Assembly (NCBI GenBank): GCA_031400935.1
Contig: JANNQV010000032.1
Coordinates: 124,001 to 170,402 of the forward strand
DNA length: 46,402 nucleotides
Direction: 5' to 3'
Origin: Armatimonadota bacterium
GTDB taxonomy: Bacteria > Armatimonadota > Fimbriimonadia > Fimbriimonadales > Fimbriimonadaceae
Shown here: positions 38,182 to 46,402 of the stretch, piece after piece
Position numbering within the stretch: position 1 is the first letter of the stretch
Layout of the letters: each line of letters starts with the position of its first letter
Notes under the pieces: generated by a model
The model's input: the letters and a program-made list of their open reading frames with translations, nothing else
Database searches by the model: none
What the model was told of the DNA's origin: nothing
Made by a program: the position numbers and the translations under genes

Positions 38182-38236
38182 ACGTGCCGACAACTTGCCG
38201 ACAACTTGCCAACTACTTGCAAACCACTTGCCGACG
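38182..38236. repeat. 11-bp tandem repeat, 5 units
   Basis: acgtgccgaca acttgccgaca acttgccaact acttgcaaacc acttgccgacg. Confidence 0.85.
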
Positions 38237-38239
38237 ATT

Positions 38240-38296
38240 CCATACCCAGTACCCTATACCCTAAACCCCTCAACCGTCAACCCTTAACCCTAATCC
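38240..38296. repeat. Heptamer tandem repeat, complementary right arm
   Basis: ccatacc cagtacc ctatacc ctaaacc cctcaac cgtcaac ccttaac cctaatc. Confidence 0.75.
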
Positions 38297-38943
38297 TCAA
38301 ATTCCAACTTCAAAACCGGCTTAAACTTTGGATTCTCGCAATCCTTCGAATAGAACTTGTAGACCGCTGAGCGACCTAATTCAGCCGGATTGATAGTGGA
38401 GCAAAGTGCAAATCGTAATTCGGCTGGTTTTGTTTTGGAAGCTTCGGAAAAAATGTCCGCAAATTTCAATGGACCTGCGAACAAATCAATTTCCATTTGG
38501 TGCGGAAGGTCGGCGGTGAATCCTGACAAAATACCAGTCGCAATGATGGACTTCGGATCATCCTTTGGCCTTAGCTTTGAAATCTGCGAATATTCCCAAC
38601 CTCTTTCCTTAAAAGTGCCATCTACCCAACGAACTTCAAGCGGCATTTTCTTCGACACTTCGGCTGTGATTCCGATACCTTCGGCATGAGTGAGAATTAA
38701 CTTTGCGCTCTTCAGCTTCTTCCCAGCTTCAATTTTGCTCAAGTCGAATTTCAAAAGGCTGATTCCATAAGCTTCGCCATCTTCTCCAGCGGGCCAAACG
38801 CTTCTTCCTTCCTGCCCCCAGATTCTAAGAAATGGATCAGACATCTGGTCCTCGGCGTGAGGATAAGCCCAAATGTCGTCAGTTGGAGTGAGTTCGACAA
38901 TGCCAAACAAGGAAAACGAAGCGACGAAGAGAGAGATAATCAT
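38290..38943 (-). CDS. Exported beta-sandwich protein, DNRLRE/CBM96-like
   Basis: ELTPTDD, SLLKFDLSKI...SAKLIL, FYSKD...PVLKLEF. Confidence 0.65.
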   Translation of the reverse strand: MIISLFVASFSLFGIVELTPTDDIWAYPHAEDQMSDPFLRIWGQEGRSVWPAGEDGEAYGISLLKFDLSKIEAGKKLKSAKLILTHAEGIGITAEVSKKMPLEVRWVDGTFKERGWEYSQISKLRPKDDPKSIIATGILSGFTADLPHQMEIDLFAGPLKFADIFSEASKTKPAELRFALCSTINPAELGRSAVYKFYSKDCENPKFKPVLKLEFED

Positions 38944-39261
38944 GGAGTTAGCTTACCTGCGACATATTGCCGTTAAGCTCGGTTCGCCATGATTGCACAA
39001 TGCCCGCAGGAAACGAATCCAGTAATCCTCACGCAATGGTCGCTTTTTTGAGAAGTATCGAAATGCTTCCAACGAACGATTTTGGACTACTACTAGCTGT
39101 GCAGAAGGCTAGCCAGCAAAATGAACTTTCTAGTGGAAAATGCTACTCTTCGCAGGCAATCTGATGGAAGCTAGCAGATCAATTCCATGGCTATTCTTGC
39201 CTGATTGAAAAACGGTATTTCTGCTGACTAAAGATCAGAACATGGATGGAAAACTCCGACC

Positions 39262-39708
39262 ATGAGACTCCGAAAAATGAAGCTGAATTCTGGATTCTTG
39301 CTGGTTGAGGCACTTGTCGCAATCTTCATAGTTGCTGCAACTGCAGCAGTACTCTTGGCCTTGCTTCCCTCTGCGGCCCAGACCGGAAAAATGGTTGGTA
39401 ACCATCAGCAAGCATCTAGTTTAATCCAGCACAAAGTTGATCAAATGCGCGGAGTCGGCTATGGGCGCTTGACTTATACAGAGCTAAGCGATGCATCAAT
39501 TATTGATCTAGCGCCTACAACGCAACCGTTCAGATTCAACACAGTTGACGGTCTGAATTCTATATTTCCTGGTGCCACAGGCACGATCACTGTCGCAGAC
39601 GAATCGGCTACTTTGCGTCGAGTAACGGTCAATCTAGTTTGGACAGGAAGTGCTAGGCGCCAGGGCAACGGCAATATGACGATCACAGTGTTCGTCGCAA
39701 AGATCTAA
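39262..39708 (+). CDS. Prepilin-type (PilV-like) protein
   Basis: SG|FLLVE class III signal; RRVTVNLVW. Confidence 0.85.
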   Translation: MRLRKMKLNSGFLLVEALVAIFIVAATAAVLLALLPSAAQTGKMVGNHQQASSLIQHKVDQMRGVGYGRLTYTELSDASIIDLAPTTQPFRFNTVDGLNSIFPGATGTITVADESATLRRVTVNLVWTGSARRQGNGNMTITVFVAKI

Positions 39709-39710
39709 TC

Positions 39711-40235
39711 ATGAAACAACGCGCATTCTCTCTTGTCGAAGTCCTTCTTGCAACGGGAATCATGGGGCTCATCATCGCCGGATCAATTTCAGTAAGCTCC
39801 ATGGCAGCTAGCGGGCTTGTCAGAACTTCGAATCAACACGATGCCGATATGAGCGCCAGCTATGCACTTATGAAGCTGAGCCGTGAGTTGCAGGAAGCCA
39901 CAAGTGTGGAGGTCATATCAGCGACTCGCATTCGCGTGAGATACCTTCAGAAAGATGTGGCTGGCGACTACATTCGCAACGCAATTGACAACGTAAATAC
40001 AGTTGACTTTTACCGTGGCAATGCCGACCTTACTCCAGATTCAAGTGGTAACTGCCTCGTATATGCTCCAGTTAGCGAAACTGGGCGAGTAATTTGCCGC
40101 TATGTGACGGCACTAACGTTTACCAGTCTTACATCCAGCAGCATTGATGTCACGCTTCGAACAGAGTTTGGAGGCTCAACGTCGAAGCGGCAATGCGACA
40201 TGGTCCACCGGGCCATCTTCTTAAGGAACTACTAA
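39711..40235 (+). CDS. Prepilin-type (PilW-like) protein
   Basis: RA|FSLVE class III signal; LSRELQEA; C-terminal IFLRN. Confidence 0.87.
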   Translation: MKQRAFSLVEVLLATGIMGLIIAGSISVSSMAASGLVRTSNQHDADMSASYALMKLSRELQEATSVEVISATRIRVRYLQKDVAGDYIRNAIDNVNTVDFYRGNADLTPDSSGNCLVYAPVSETGRVICRYVTALTFTSLTSSSIDVTLRTEFGGSTSKRQCDMVHRAIFLRNY

Positions 40236-41776
40236 TGAAACAGTACACGCAAAGTCAGATTACTATGCGGCAAAAATGGACTAGCTCCCGCAAAGGTTCA
40301 GTTCTCGTAACTACCCTCGTCAGCTTACTCTTCGTTTTTACATTCGGCTCTGCCATTCTGGCATTGTCTTTGAACGGTCTTAGCTCGACACGACGAATCA
40401 AGGCGAATACCAAAGCCTTTAATCTCGCCGAATCCGGACTTGAGAGAGCGACCAGATGGTTCAAAGAGCAATCTTCGCCTCCATCTTATTCAACACCATT
40501 CCAACCCATTGGCGGAGTTCAATCATCTACTGATGGCCAATACTTAGTTACTGCGTATCCAGATGCAAATAACTCTGGCGCAGTCCTGAAAAAATACGTA
40601 TTAGTCGGAGAAGGAATAAACGACGGGCGTACCGAACGGATTCAGCTAGTTATTCGCCAGACCTCATTCGGCAAATATGCATATTTTACGGATCGCGAAA
40701 CATCGTCAGTTTCAGGCGGCCGCATCTGGTTCTTCAGTGGCGACCGAATCCGTGGCCCTGCGCACAGCAATAACGATAGCGCAAGCGAGTTTCAGATTAA
40801 CTACGGTTCATCCCCGGGTCCGATTTTTGAAGGAATGGTGACCTCATCGGGCAACTTCATCAATTACGCTCCTACGAATCCAACGACGGAAGCCCAGTTC
40901 TCGCAAATTTATCGAGCAGGCAGCCGAGGATATGAACTTGGTGTGGATGAAATCCCGCTTCCCAATTCATCTGACGTGCAGAAAGATGCTGCATGGGGAG
41001 CAAATGGGGCCTACCCGACCGTAACCGGAGTCTATACGCCTCCTGGCGGCGGAATCTACATCAAAGGTAATTCAACCGTACAGTTGCTTGTGGACGGCGG
41101 TGGACGGCAGCAATTTCGAGTTGTTCAAGGAGCGAACACAACTGTACTCACAGTTGATAAAGTTGCAAATGTCACGTATAGAAGCGTAAATGGTGGTGCC
41201 ACAACAGTCGCAGGCACTGCGGGTTCAGGAGTGATATATAGCGCCGACAATATCACAGCACTCTCCGGCACGATAGCCAACAATGTAGTTTCGGGCAGCG
41301 AGGTGCTTCAGCGAAACTCGTTTACAATCGCAACAGATGTCAATGCTGGGAGAACAATTACAGTCACCAATCCAATTGTTCACCAGTCGGCATACAACGC
41401 AGCCCAAGCAACGAACTCTGCTAACAATTTGATGCCAGGAACGCTTGGACTCATTGCCCGAAATGTAACGATTGGTCCATCAGCACCTACAAATATGGAG
41501 ATAGATGCAGTAATCCTAGCTGGGAGCCAAACAACAACTGATGGCAGCTTTGGAGTGTCGAACTATAACACAAAGACCCCTACTGGCACGCTAAAGGTCG
41601 TAGGTGGAATCATTCAAAAAGCTCGCGGACCGGTCGGGACGCTTTCTGGTGGCTCGCTCGCAACCGGGTACGCAAAGGACTACCACTATGATGCGCGCAT
41701 GGCCGATAATCCGCCTCCGTATTTCCCGACAACAGGAGGCTATGACCGAATCTCATGGCGTCGGATTGTGGAATGA
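40235..41776 (+). CDS. PilX-like protein with large beta-rich C-terminal domain
   Basis: RKG|SVLV lacking Glu5, AFNLAESGLERA, YAYFTD, GPAHSN, GYAKDYHYDARM...PPYFP; TAATG overlap. Confidence 0.82.
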   Translation: MKQYTQSQITMRQKWTSSRKGSVLVTTLVSLLFVFTFGSAILALSLNGLSSTRRIKANTKAFNLAESGLERATRWFKEQSSPPSYSTPFQPIGGVQSSTDGQYLVTAYPDANNSGAVLKKYVLVGEGINDGRTERIQLVIRQTSFGKYAYFTDRETSSVSGGRIWFFSGDRIRGPAHSNNDSASEFQINYGSSPGPIFEGMVTSSGNFINYAPTNPTTEAQFSQIYRAGSRGYELGVDEIPLPNSSDVQKDAAWGANGAYPTVTGVYTPPGGGIYIKGNSTVQLLVDGGGRQQFRVVQGANTTVLTVDKVANVTYRSVNGGATTVAGTAGSGVIYSADNITALSGTIANNVVSGSEVLQRNSFTIATDVNAGRTITVTNPIVHQSAYNAAQATNSANNLMPGTLGLIARNVTIGPSAPTNMEIDAVILAGSQTTTDGSFGVSNYNTKTPTGTLKVVGGIIQKARGPVGTLSGGSLATGYAKDYHYDARMADNPPPYFPTTGGYDRISWRRIVE

Positions 41777-41833
41777 AGTGGATTAGGGCGGCTTTGTCTA
41801 CTGCGGTTTGCCCGAGCCTTACTCGCACCCGAC

Positions 41834-41863
41834 TTGACTTCCCCACCTGATTCCTTCCATAAT
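41834..41863 (+). promoter_or_regulatory. Sigma-70 promoter of rplU-rpmA
   Basis: TTGACT-N18-CATAAT. Confidence 0.6.
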
Positions 41864-41896
41864 TTCATTTCGCGCCGATGGCGCAGGTGATTTTCT

Positions 41897-42214
41897 ATGT
41901 ATGCGATTGTAAAGACCGGCGGCAAACAGTTCCGCGCTGAAAAAGGTGCAACCCTCATCGTCGAAAAATTAGAGGGCGAGGCGGGAACCAAGATTGAACT
42001 TGTCGAAGTTCTCATGATTGCCGACGGCGAAAAGGTAAAAGTTGGCGCGCCGTTTATTAAGGGCGCTAAGGTTCAAACCGAAATTCTTAGGCAGGGCAAA
42101 GCGAAGAAAATCAACGCTTTCAACTACAAAGCCAAGAAAAACGAGCGCAAGCGATGGGGACATCGCCAGCCGCAAACCTTCTTGACTGTTACCGGCATCG
42201 AGGCGGGGAGCTAA
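41897..42214 (+). CDS. rplU: 50S ribosomal protein L21
   Basis: [11 protein letters not shown]...GHRQP. Confidence 0.99.
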   Translation: MYAIVKTGGKQFRAEKGATLIVEKLEGEAGTKIELVEVLMIADGEKVKVGAPFIKGAKVQTEILRQGKAKKINAFNYKAKKNERKRWGHRQPQTFLTVTGIEAGS

Positions 42215-42220
42215 ACATCC

Positions 42221-42478
42221 ATGGCACATAAAAAGGGACAAGGTTCATCGCGAAACGGCCGAGATTCGAATTCGCAGCGACTTGGCGTTAAGAAATACGG
42301 TGGCGAAGTCGTTAAGGCTGGCCACATCATCGTTCGCCAAAGAGGAACTCAGTTCCACCCTGGCGTTGGTGTCGGAATCGGAAAAGACCACACGATTTTT
42401 TCAATGATCGCAGGTCAAGTGAAGTTTGAAGGACCGAAAGCCAAACGAAGAATTAGCGTGTACGCTGGCGAAGCGTAA
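42221..42478 (+). CDS. rpmA: 50S ribosomal protein L27
   Basis: [16 protein letters not shown]...IIVRQRGT. Confidence 0.99.
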   Translation: MAHKKGQGSSRNGRDSNSQRLGVKKYGGEVVKAGHIIVRQRGTQFHPGVGVGIGKDHTIFSMIAGQVKFEGPKAKRRISVYAGEA

Positions 42479-42624
42479 CTTTGGGAGTGCGCGGGCTTGA
42501 CCGCGCTATTCTTTGGCTCACAGATAATGGAAAATGGATAAAGGAAAAAATCGGATTCAGTTTTTTCCTTTATCCATTTTCCTACTTTCATGAAAAGCGC
42601 GGTCAAGCCCGCGCATTCCCAAAG
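42479..42624. repeat. 146-bp nested inverted repeat (REP-like outer arms, heptamer inner arms)
   Basis: Outer IR 28/29 matches (42479-42507/42596-42624); inner perfect 22-bp IR (42529-42550/42561-42582). Confidence 0.88.
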
Positions 42625-43614
42625 CTAACCCGAACCAATCCGGACCGTGACCCCAATCACAATATCCGGCCCAACTTGCTTCCGACTTGGATTAAGGCTC
42701 GTCAGAGGATCAAAGTCCTCTGCAAAGAAAAACTCCCAGGTTCGATCCCTTTTGTCTTTCGTTCGATATCCAATCGCCATGCTTCGATGCGCTGAATCTG
42801 CAAAGGCAATGCCGCTCTTCAAAGCAGATGCCTCGCTCATGAACTGCAATATCCACTGATCTTTGGAATTTGGCTTCCAAAGAAATGCAACCGCCTCAGA
42901 ATCCACGAGTCCGCGAACATTTCGAAATTCTGGAGAACTGCCTTGATGAACAAGGCCGAAATGAACATCGGCACTCCATTTTTCGGACAATTTGAATGAA
43001 CGACCCAGTCCAATTCCAATATCTAAACTTCGGCTTTCAGCCAAGGCGGAACCAATCCCAACTGGCAATTTGACTCCCACAGAACCAATCCAATTTTGAT
43101 CAATCACTTGAATATAAGTTGCCGATATATTGCCAATTCCCGCCCCTGAACCCCATGTGTCGCCGTCAAAAGTGACGAACGACCTGCCATCGGGCGAAAG
43201 GTCTCGAAGCGGGTCAGTTGAACCCAAAAACGTTCGATGAAGCACTTCGATTACCTTGTCTAGGACGCCTCCATGGAACGCTAAAACAGAACCAGAAATT
43301 GCCAGTTCTCCCCTCCCATACTTCTTTCGGGATTGAACAAACAGACGAGAAAACTCGCCGTCTTCTTCCATGATTTGGCTCTTGGAAATCAATTGACTTT
43401 CGTCGTTGGATTCCGTGAATGAGATTGTCAGTTCGGACCGCTTTTGAAGTAGACGTGTGATTGGGCTCATGCGGAAAAATGGCAGGGAAAAAGCTCTGTG
43501 ATTTCGCATTTCCACCATTTGAGAATTTGCAGAGACGGCTGACAAAGCCAAAGTACCTAAAAGCACATTTCGAATAAAACTCTTACTACTCAGATTCCGT
43601 ATCACGTTGATCAC
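42625..43614 (-). CDS. Probable outer-membrane beta-barrel protein (DUF3187-like)
   Basis: Signal peptide; RNH...F, HGGVLD..IE..H, GIGNI, VKLPVG, FAED...PD motifs. Confidence 0.68.
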   Translation of the reverse strand: MINVIRNLSSKSFIRNVLLGTLALSAVSANSQMVEMRNHRAFSLPFFRMSPITRLLQKRSELTISFTESNDESQLISKSQIMEEDGEFSRLFVQSRKKYGRGELAISGSVLAFHGGVLDKVIEVLHRTFLGSTDPLRDLSPDGRSFVTFDGDTWGSGAGIGNISATYIQVIDQNWIGSVGVKLPVGIGSALAESRSLDIGIGLGRSFKLSEKWSADVHFGLVHQGSSPEFRNVRGLVDSEAVAFLWKPNSKDQWILQFMSEASALKSGIAFADSAHRSMAIGYRTKDKRDRTWEFFFAEDFDPLTSLNPSRKQVGPDIVIGVTVRIGSG

Positions 43615-43678
43615 GAAACTCAGACGGAAACCCCACTAAAAAGGTATCGTAGTATGAAAAGTGGGAAAAGTGTGATTT

Positions 43679-43930
43679 ATGAAATGCAAGGGATTCGATG
43701 AAAGCTTCTACGGCTCTGCAACCATTGGCGATAGGGGGCAAGTCGTGATTCCGGCTGATGCCAGGCAACAGCTTGATTGGCAGCCGGGGGACAAGTTATT
43801 AGTGATGAAACACCCCATGCACCATGGAGTTATGCTGTTCAAGATCGAGGCAGTCCGTGAGTTTATTGATGAATTTGCAGACTTGCTTAGCCGTGCTGCT
43901 GAACAGGTCAAGGAAGACGAAACAAAATGA
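43679..43930 (+). CDS. AbrB/MazE/SpoVT family DNA-binding protein
   Basis: FYGSATIGDRGQVVIPADAR..L...PGDKL. Confidence 0.92.
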   Translation: MKCKGFDESFYGSATIGDRGQVVIPADARQQLDWQPGDKLLVMKHPMHHGVMLFKIEAVREFIDEFADLLSRAAEQVKEDETK

Positions 43931-45216
43931 TTGTATTTCCAATTGGATTCGGAATCGTAATTTCCACCCTTCAAACCCCACAGTTAACGATTGAAGAAGC
44001 ATTGAAAATAGCGGAGCAAAATGCATATTCGCTGAAAATTGCAAATTCTGCCGTTCAAAAGTCCAAATTCGTTTTTCAAGAAGCAGACGGCACCCGAAAG
44101 CCCCAAGTACGATTTGAAGCTAGCTACACCCGATTTGATGAAGAAATCTCGGGGTCTTCGGGCACGATTCGCCCAATTGATTCCAAAACTGCCAGTGTAG
44201 GACTATCGTATCCTTTAGATATCGGTGGAGCATTAGGGCGAGTTGTTCAATCTGCAAAATATCTTTACTTGGCAAGCCAGGATAGCTTTCAAGCTGAGCT
44301 GAACAGCCTCCGACTATCCGTGCGAAGCGCATATATCGAGGTTACGCAAGCCGCAGAACAAGTCTCCGTTTTTTCGGGGGCTCTAGAAACAGCAAAGGGC
44401 AGATTGAAGAATTTGGAAGCCCAGCTAAAGCAAGGCCAAATTGCCAGAATTGATGTCCTTCGGGCGCAGACATTGGTTTCTCAAAGTGAATCAGACTTGC
44501 TACGTTCGCAACAGTCGTTTGAATTGGCTAAAAGCAGCCTGAACAATGTTCTTTCGCGGCCGGTGGACACTCCTTTCTTGGTAAATGGGATGGAAGAGAA
44601 TAATGCAAGCAACTTCGACGAGACACAGTTGATTGCATCGGCACTTTCGAACCGCCGAGAGCTCAAGTCTTTCAAAAAACAAAACGCTGCTTTTGAAGAA
44701 TTAGGAAAAGCAGCCAAGGCGGCGACAACACCGACGCTAAATCTAGCCATTCAACATTCAGCGAACTTTGGAGCGTTGGGATTTGCTTCAACTGAACAAT
44801 CAACGGTTGGCGTCCTTTCCGTTTCCTTTTCACTTTACGATGCAGGCGTTGCTAAGGCGAAAATAGCGCAAAACAAAGAAGACGCCCGACTCGCCAATTT
44901 TCGATTTGAGCAAGCTGCTCTTGGAATCTCACTCGAAGTTCGACAAGCGGTTACAAACCTTAGAAACAGCCAAGCTAGATTGGAAGTCGCACAAAAGCAG
45001 GTGACCTCAGCAGAAGAAAATCTACGGCTTTCATTGCTTCGGTCAGCAAACGGAGAAGGCATCGAGATCGAAGTCATAGACGCTCAAAACCAATTGACGA
45101 GCGCGAAGGCACAGAGGGTTGCCGCGCAGTATGACTATCATTTGGCATTTGCCCAACTTCAAAAAGCGGTTGGAAGCGACGAATTGAAAACGATTGATCA
45201 GGGAGGAAAGAAGTGA
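43927..45216 (+). CDS. TolC family outer membrane efflux protein
   Basis: LTIEEALKIA..N, two helical-hairpin repeats, EVIDAQ..L, LQKAVG. Confidence 0.93.
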   Translation: MIVFPIGFGIVISTLQTPQLTIEEALKIAEQNAYSLKIANSAVQKSKFVFQEADGTRKPQVRFEASYTRFDEEISGSSGTIRPIDSKTASVGLSYPLDIGGALGRVVQSAKYLYLASQDSFQAELNSLRLSVRSAYIEVTQAAEQVSVFSGALETAKGRLKNLEAQLKQGQIARIDVLRAQTLVSQSESDLLRSQQSFELAKSSLNNVLSRPVDTPFLVNGMEENNASNFDETQLIASALSNRRELKSFKKQNAAFEELGKAAKAATTPTLNLAIQHSANFGALGFASTEQSTVGVLSVSFSLYDAGVAKAKIAQNKEDARLANFRFEQAALGISLEVRQAVTNLRNSQARLEVAQKQVTSAEENLRLSLLRSANGEGIEIEVIDAQNQLTSAKAQRVAAQYDYHLAFAQLQKAVGSDELKTIDQGGKK

Positions 45217-46402
45217 GTAGAAACAGATATGTTTTAGCGGTATTAGTTGTCGTTATCGCCACAGGCTGTGTTGATCGAGGCGCACAAGATCAGGCCAAGC
45301 GAACATCGGTTATGCTAGACGACAAGACGCCGCGCGTTCAGGTCTTGCCAGCGATTCAGCGAAGCATTTCAGAAGAATTGCAGATCAACGGGCAAGTTGC
45401 AACGAGCGATGATTCAACAGTTGGCGCGAAAGTCGGAGGGCGACTCATCACAGTTAATGTAAAAGATGGGGATGCAGTTTCCGCCGGTCAGATTATTGCA
45501 GTACAGGATTCCTCTCAGCTGTCAGCTCAAGTCCGGCAGGCAATGGGGCAGGTTGCCTCAGCGCAAGCTCAACTGAGCCAAGCTCTTACAAATGCAAGGG
45601 TAAATCCAACACGTTCAAGCTCAGCGGTAAACATTGCAGAAGCGGCTTTACGAAGTGCAACCGCACAACTTGAAAAAGCCAAGCGCGGCTCGAGATCAGA
45701 AGAATTGCGACAATCCGAAATTCAAGTTCAATCTGCAAAGTCAAGCATGGAAACTGCCAAAAAAGAGCGGGACCGCCAGCTTGCACTTTACACGGAAGGA
45801 GCAACTAGCCAGCAGCGATATGAACAAGCTGAAAACGCCTACCAGCAAGCTCTTGGCGCATACGAAAGCGCGCTCGAATTACTCAACATCCGAAGAAGCC
45901 AAACCCAACCTGAAGACCTTCAATCGGCCAAAGAAATTGTTCGCCAAGCCGAAGAATCTCTTCGAAACGCTAAAGCTCAAAAGGAGCTCGACCAAACTTG
46001 GAATCAACAAGTAACCGCCGCGAGAGCGCAAGTCATGACAGCGCAGGCCGGGCTAGATTTGGCAAAACAAAACATGGCAGATGCAACGATTCGCTCTCCA
46101 TTCTCGGGGAGGATTTCTGGTAGGCCCGCCCAGCCAGGAACGGTACTTTCTCCGGGAAGTCCGATCGCAAGATTGATCGGACAAGACGGTGTATATTTCG
46201 AAGGCCAAATCCCGGAGTCTAAGGTGGCTTCAGTTTTGCCAGGGCGAGGAGCCGAAGTTACATTTGATGCAATACCTGGGCAACAATTCTCAGGAACGGT
46301 TGCTGCAATAAACCCAATGGGTGATTCAGTCGGAAGGCTCTTTTTAGTCAGGATTTCTTTAGCGGCGGCGACGGAACAAGTGAAACCAGGAATGTTTGCA
46401 CG
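45213..46402 (+). CDS. Efflux periplasmic adaptor (HlyD/RND MFP) lipoprotein, 3'-truncated by window edge
   Basis: GTG 45213 after GGAGG; MSRNRYVLAVLVVVIATGC lipobox; VGAKVGGRL..VNVKDGDAV..GQ; IRSPFSGRI; absent from the ORF track because no stop falls in the window. Confidence 0.92.
   Translation, partial: MSRNRYVLAVLVVVIATGCVDRGAQDQAKRTSVMLDDKTPRVQVLPAIQRSISEELQINGQVATSDDSTVGAKVGGRLITVNVKDGDAVSAGQIIAVQDSSQLSAQVRQAMGQVASAQAQLSQALTNARVNPTRSSSAVNIAEAALRSATAQLEKAKRGSRSEELRQSEIQVQSAKSSMETAKKERDRQLALYTEGATSQQRYEQAENAYQQALGAYESALELLNIRRSQTQPEDLQSAKEIVRQAEESLRNAKAQKELDQTWNQQVTAARAQVMTAQAGLDLAKQNMADATIRSPFSGRISGRPAQPGTVLSPGSPIARLIGQDGVYFEGQIPESKVASVLPGRGAEVTFDAIPGQQFSGTVAAINPMGDSVGRLFLVRISLAAATEQVKPGMFA

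Noticed and set aside
38182..38236. CRISPR array
   Set aside because: Units are 11 bp and contiguous with no spacers; no cas genes in the window
38944..39261. c-di-GMP riboswitch or small ORF (38967-39164) upstream of the pilin genes
   Set aside because: An imperfect hairpin (CAGGCAA/TTGCCTG, ATGGAA/TTCCAT) exists but lacks class I/II consensus features; the ORF has no SD or motifs
41897..42478. Missing prp (ysxB) between rplU and rpmA
   Set aside because: L27 starts MAHKK with no N-terminal extension, so absence of Prp is expected
42481..42795. 104-aa ORF
   Set aside because: Reads through the palindrome and is antisense to the 42625-43614 gene
43679..43930. Antitoxin of a toxin-antitoxin pair
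   Set aside because: The adjacent gene is TolC; no MazF/VapC-like toxin nearby

Overview
A bacterial chromosomal segment. Gene style (LuxR-first/PAS regulators, BTAD-STAND regulators, stalk-domain proteins, flgBC-fliEFGHIJ order) suggests Armatimonadota/Fimbriimonadaceae, but that is inference. Contents in order: 3' end of a multicopper oxidase; a zinc-ribbon ABC exporter, GNAT and DUF1854-like gene; an accessory block (SARP/STAND regulator, divergent small secreted protein, HxlR, DoxX); a flagellar basal-body operon (flgBC-fliEFGHIJ, lytic transglycosylase, MotE-like); a second accessory block with an RHS relic; dnaG and a sigma-70 factor; trxA, cyclophilin and Opp/Dpp permeases; an active S41 protease paired with a catalytically dead paralogue; a HEAT-repeat protein, mtnP and a solute-binding protein; a P1B-4 ATPase; a minor-pilin-like trio; rplU-rpmA; and an AbrB-TolC-adaptor efflux operon running off the right end. 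I recognised no rRNA, tRNA, CRISPR array or transposase. Intergenic DNA is rich in REP-like palindromes and heptamer repeat arms. Best leads: the S41 pseudoprotease/protease pair, a probable ATC start with a structured leader on the dnaG-linked sigma factor, and the STAND regulator/secreted-protein module with an 11-bp-period operator. All family calls come from motif recognition, not database searches.
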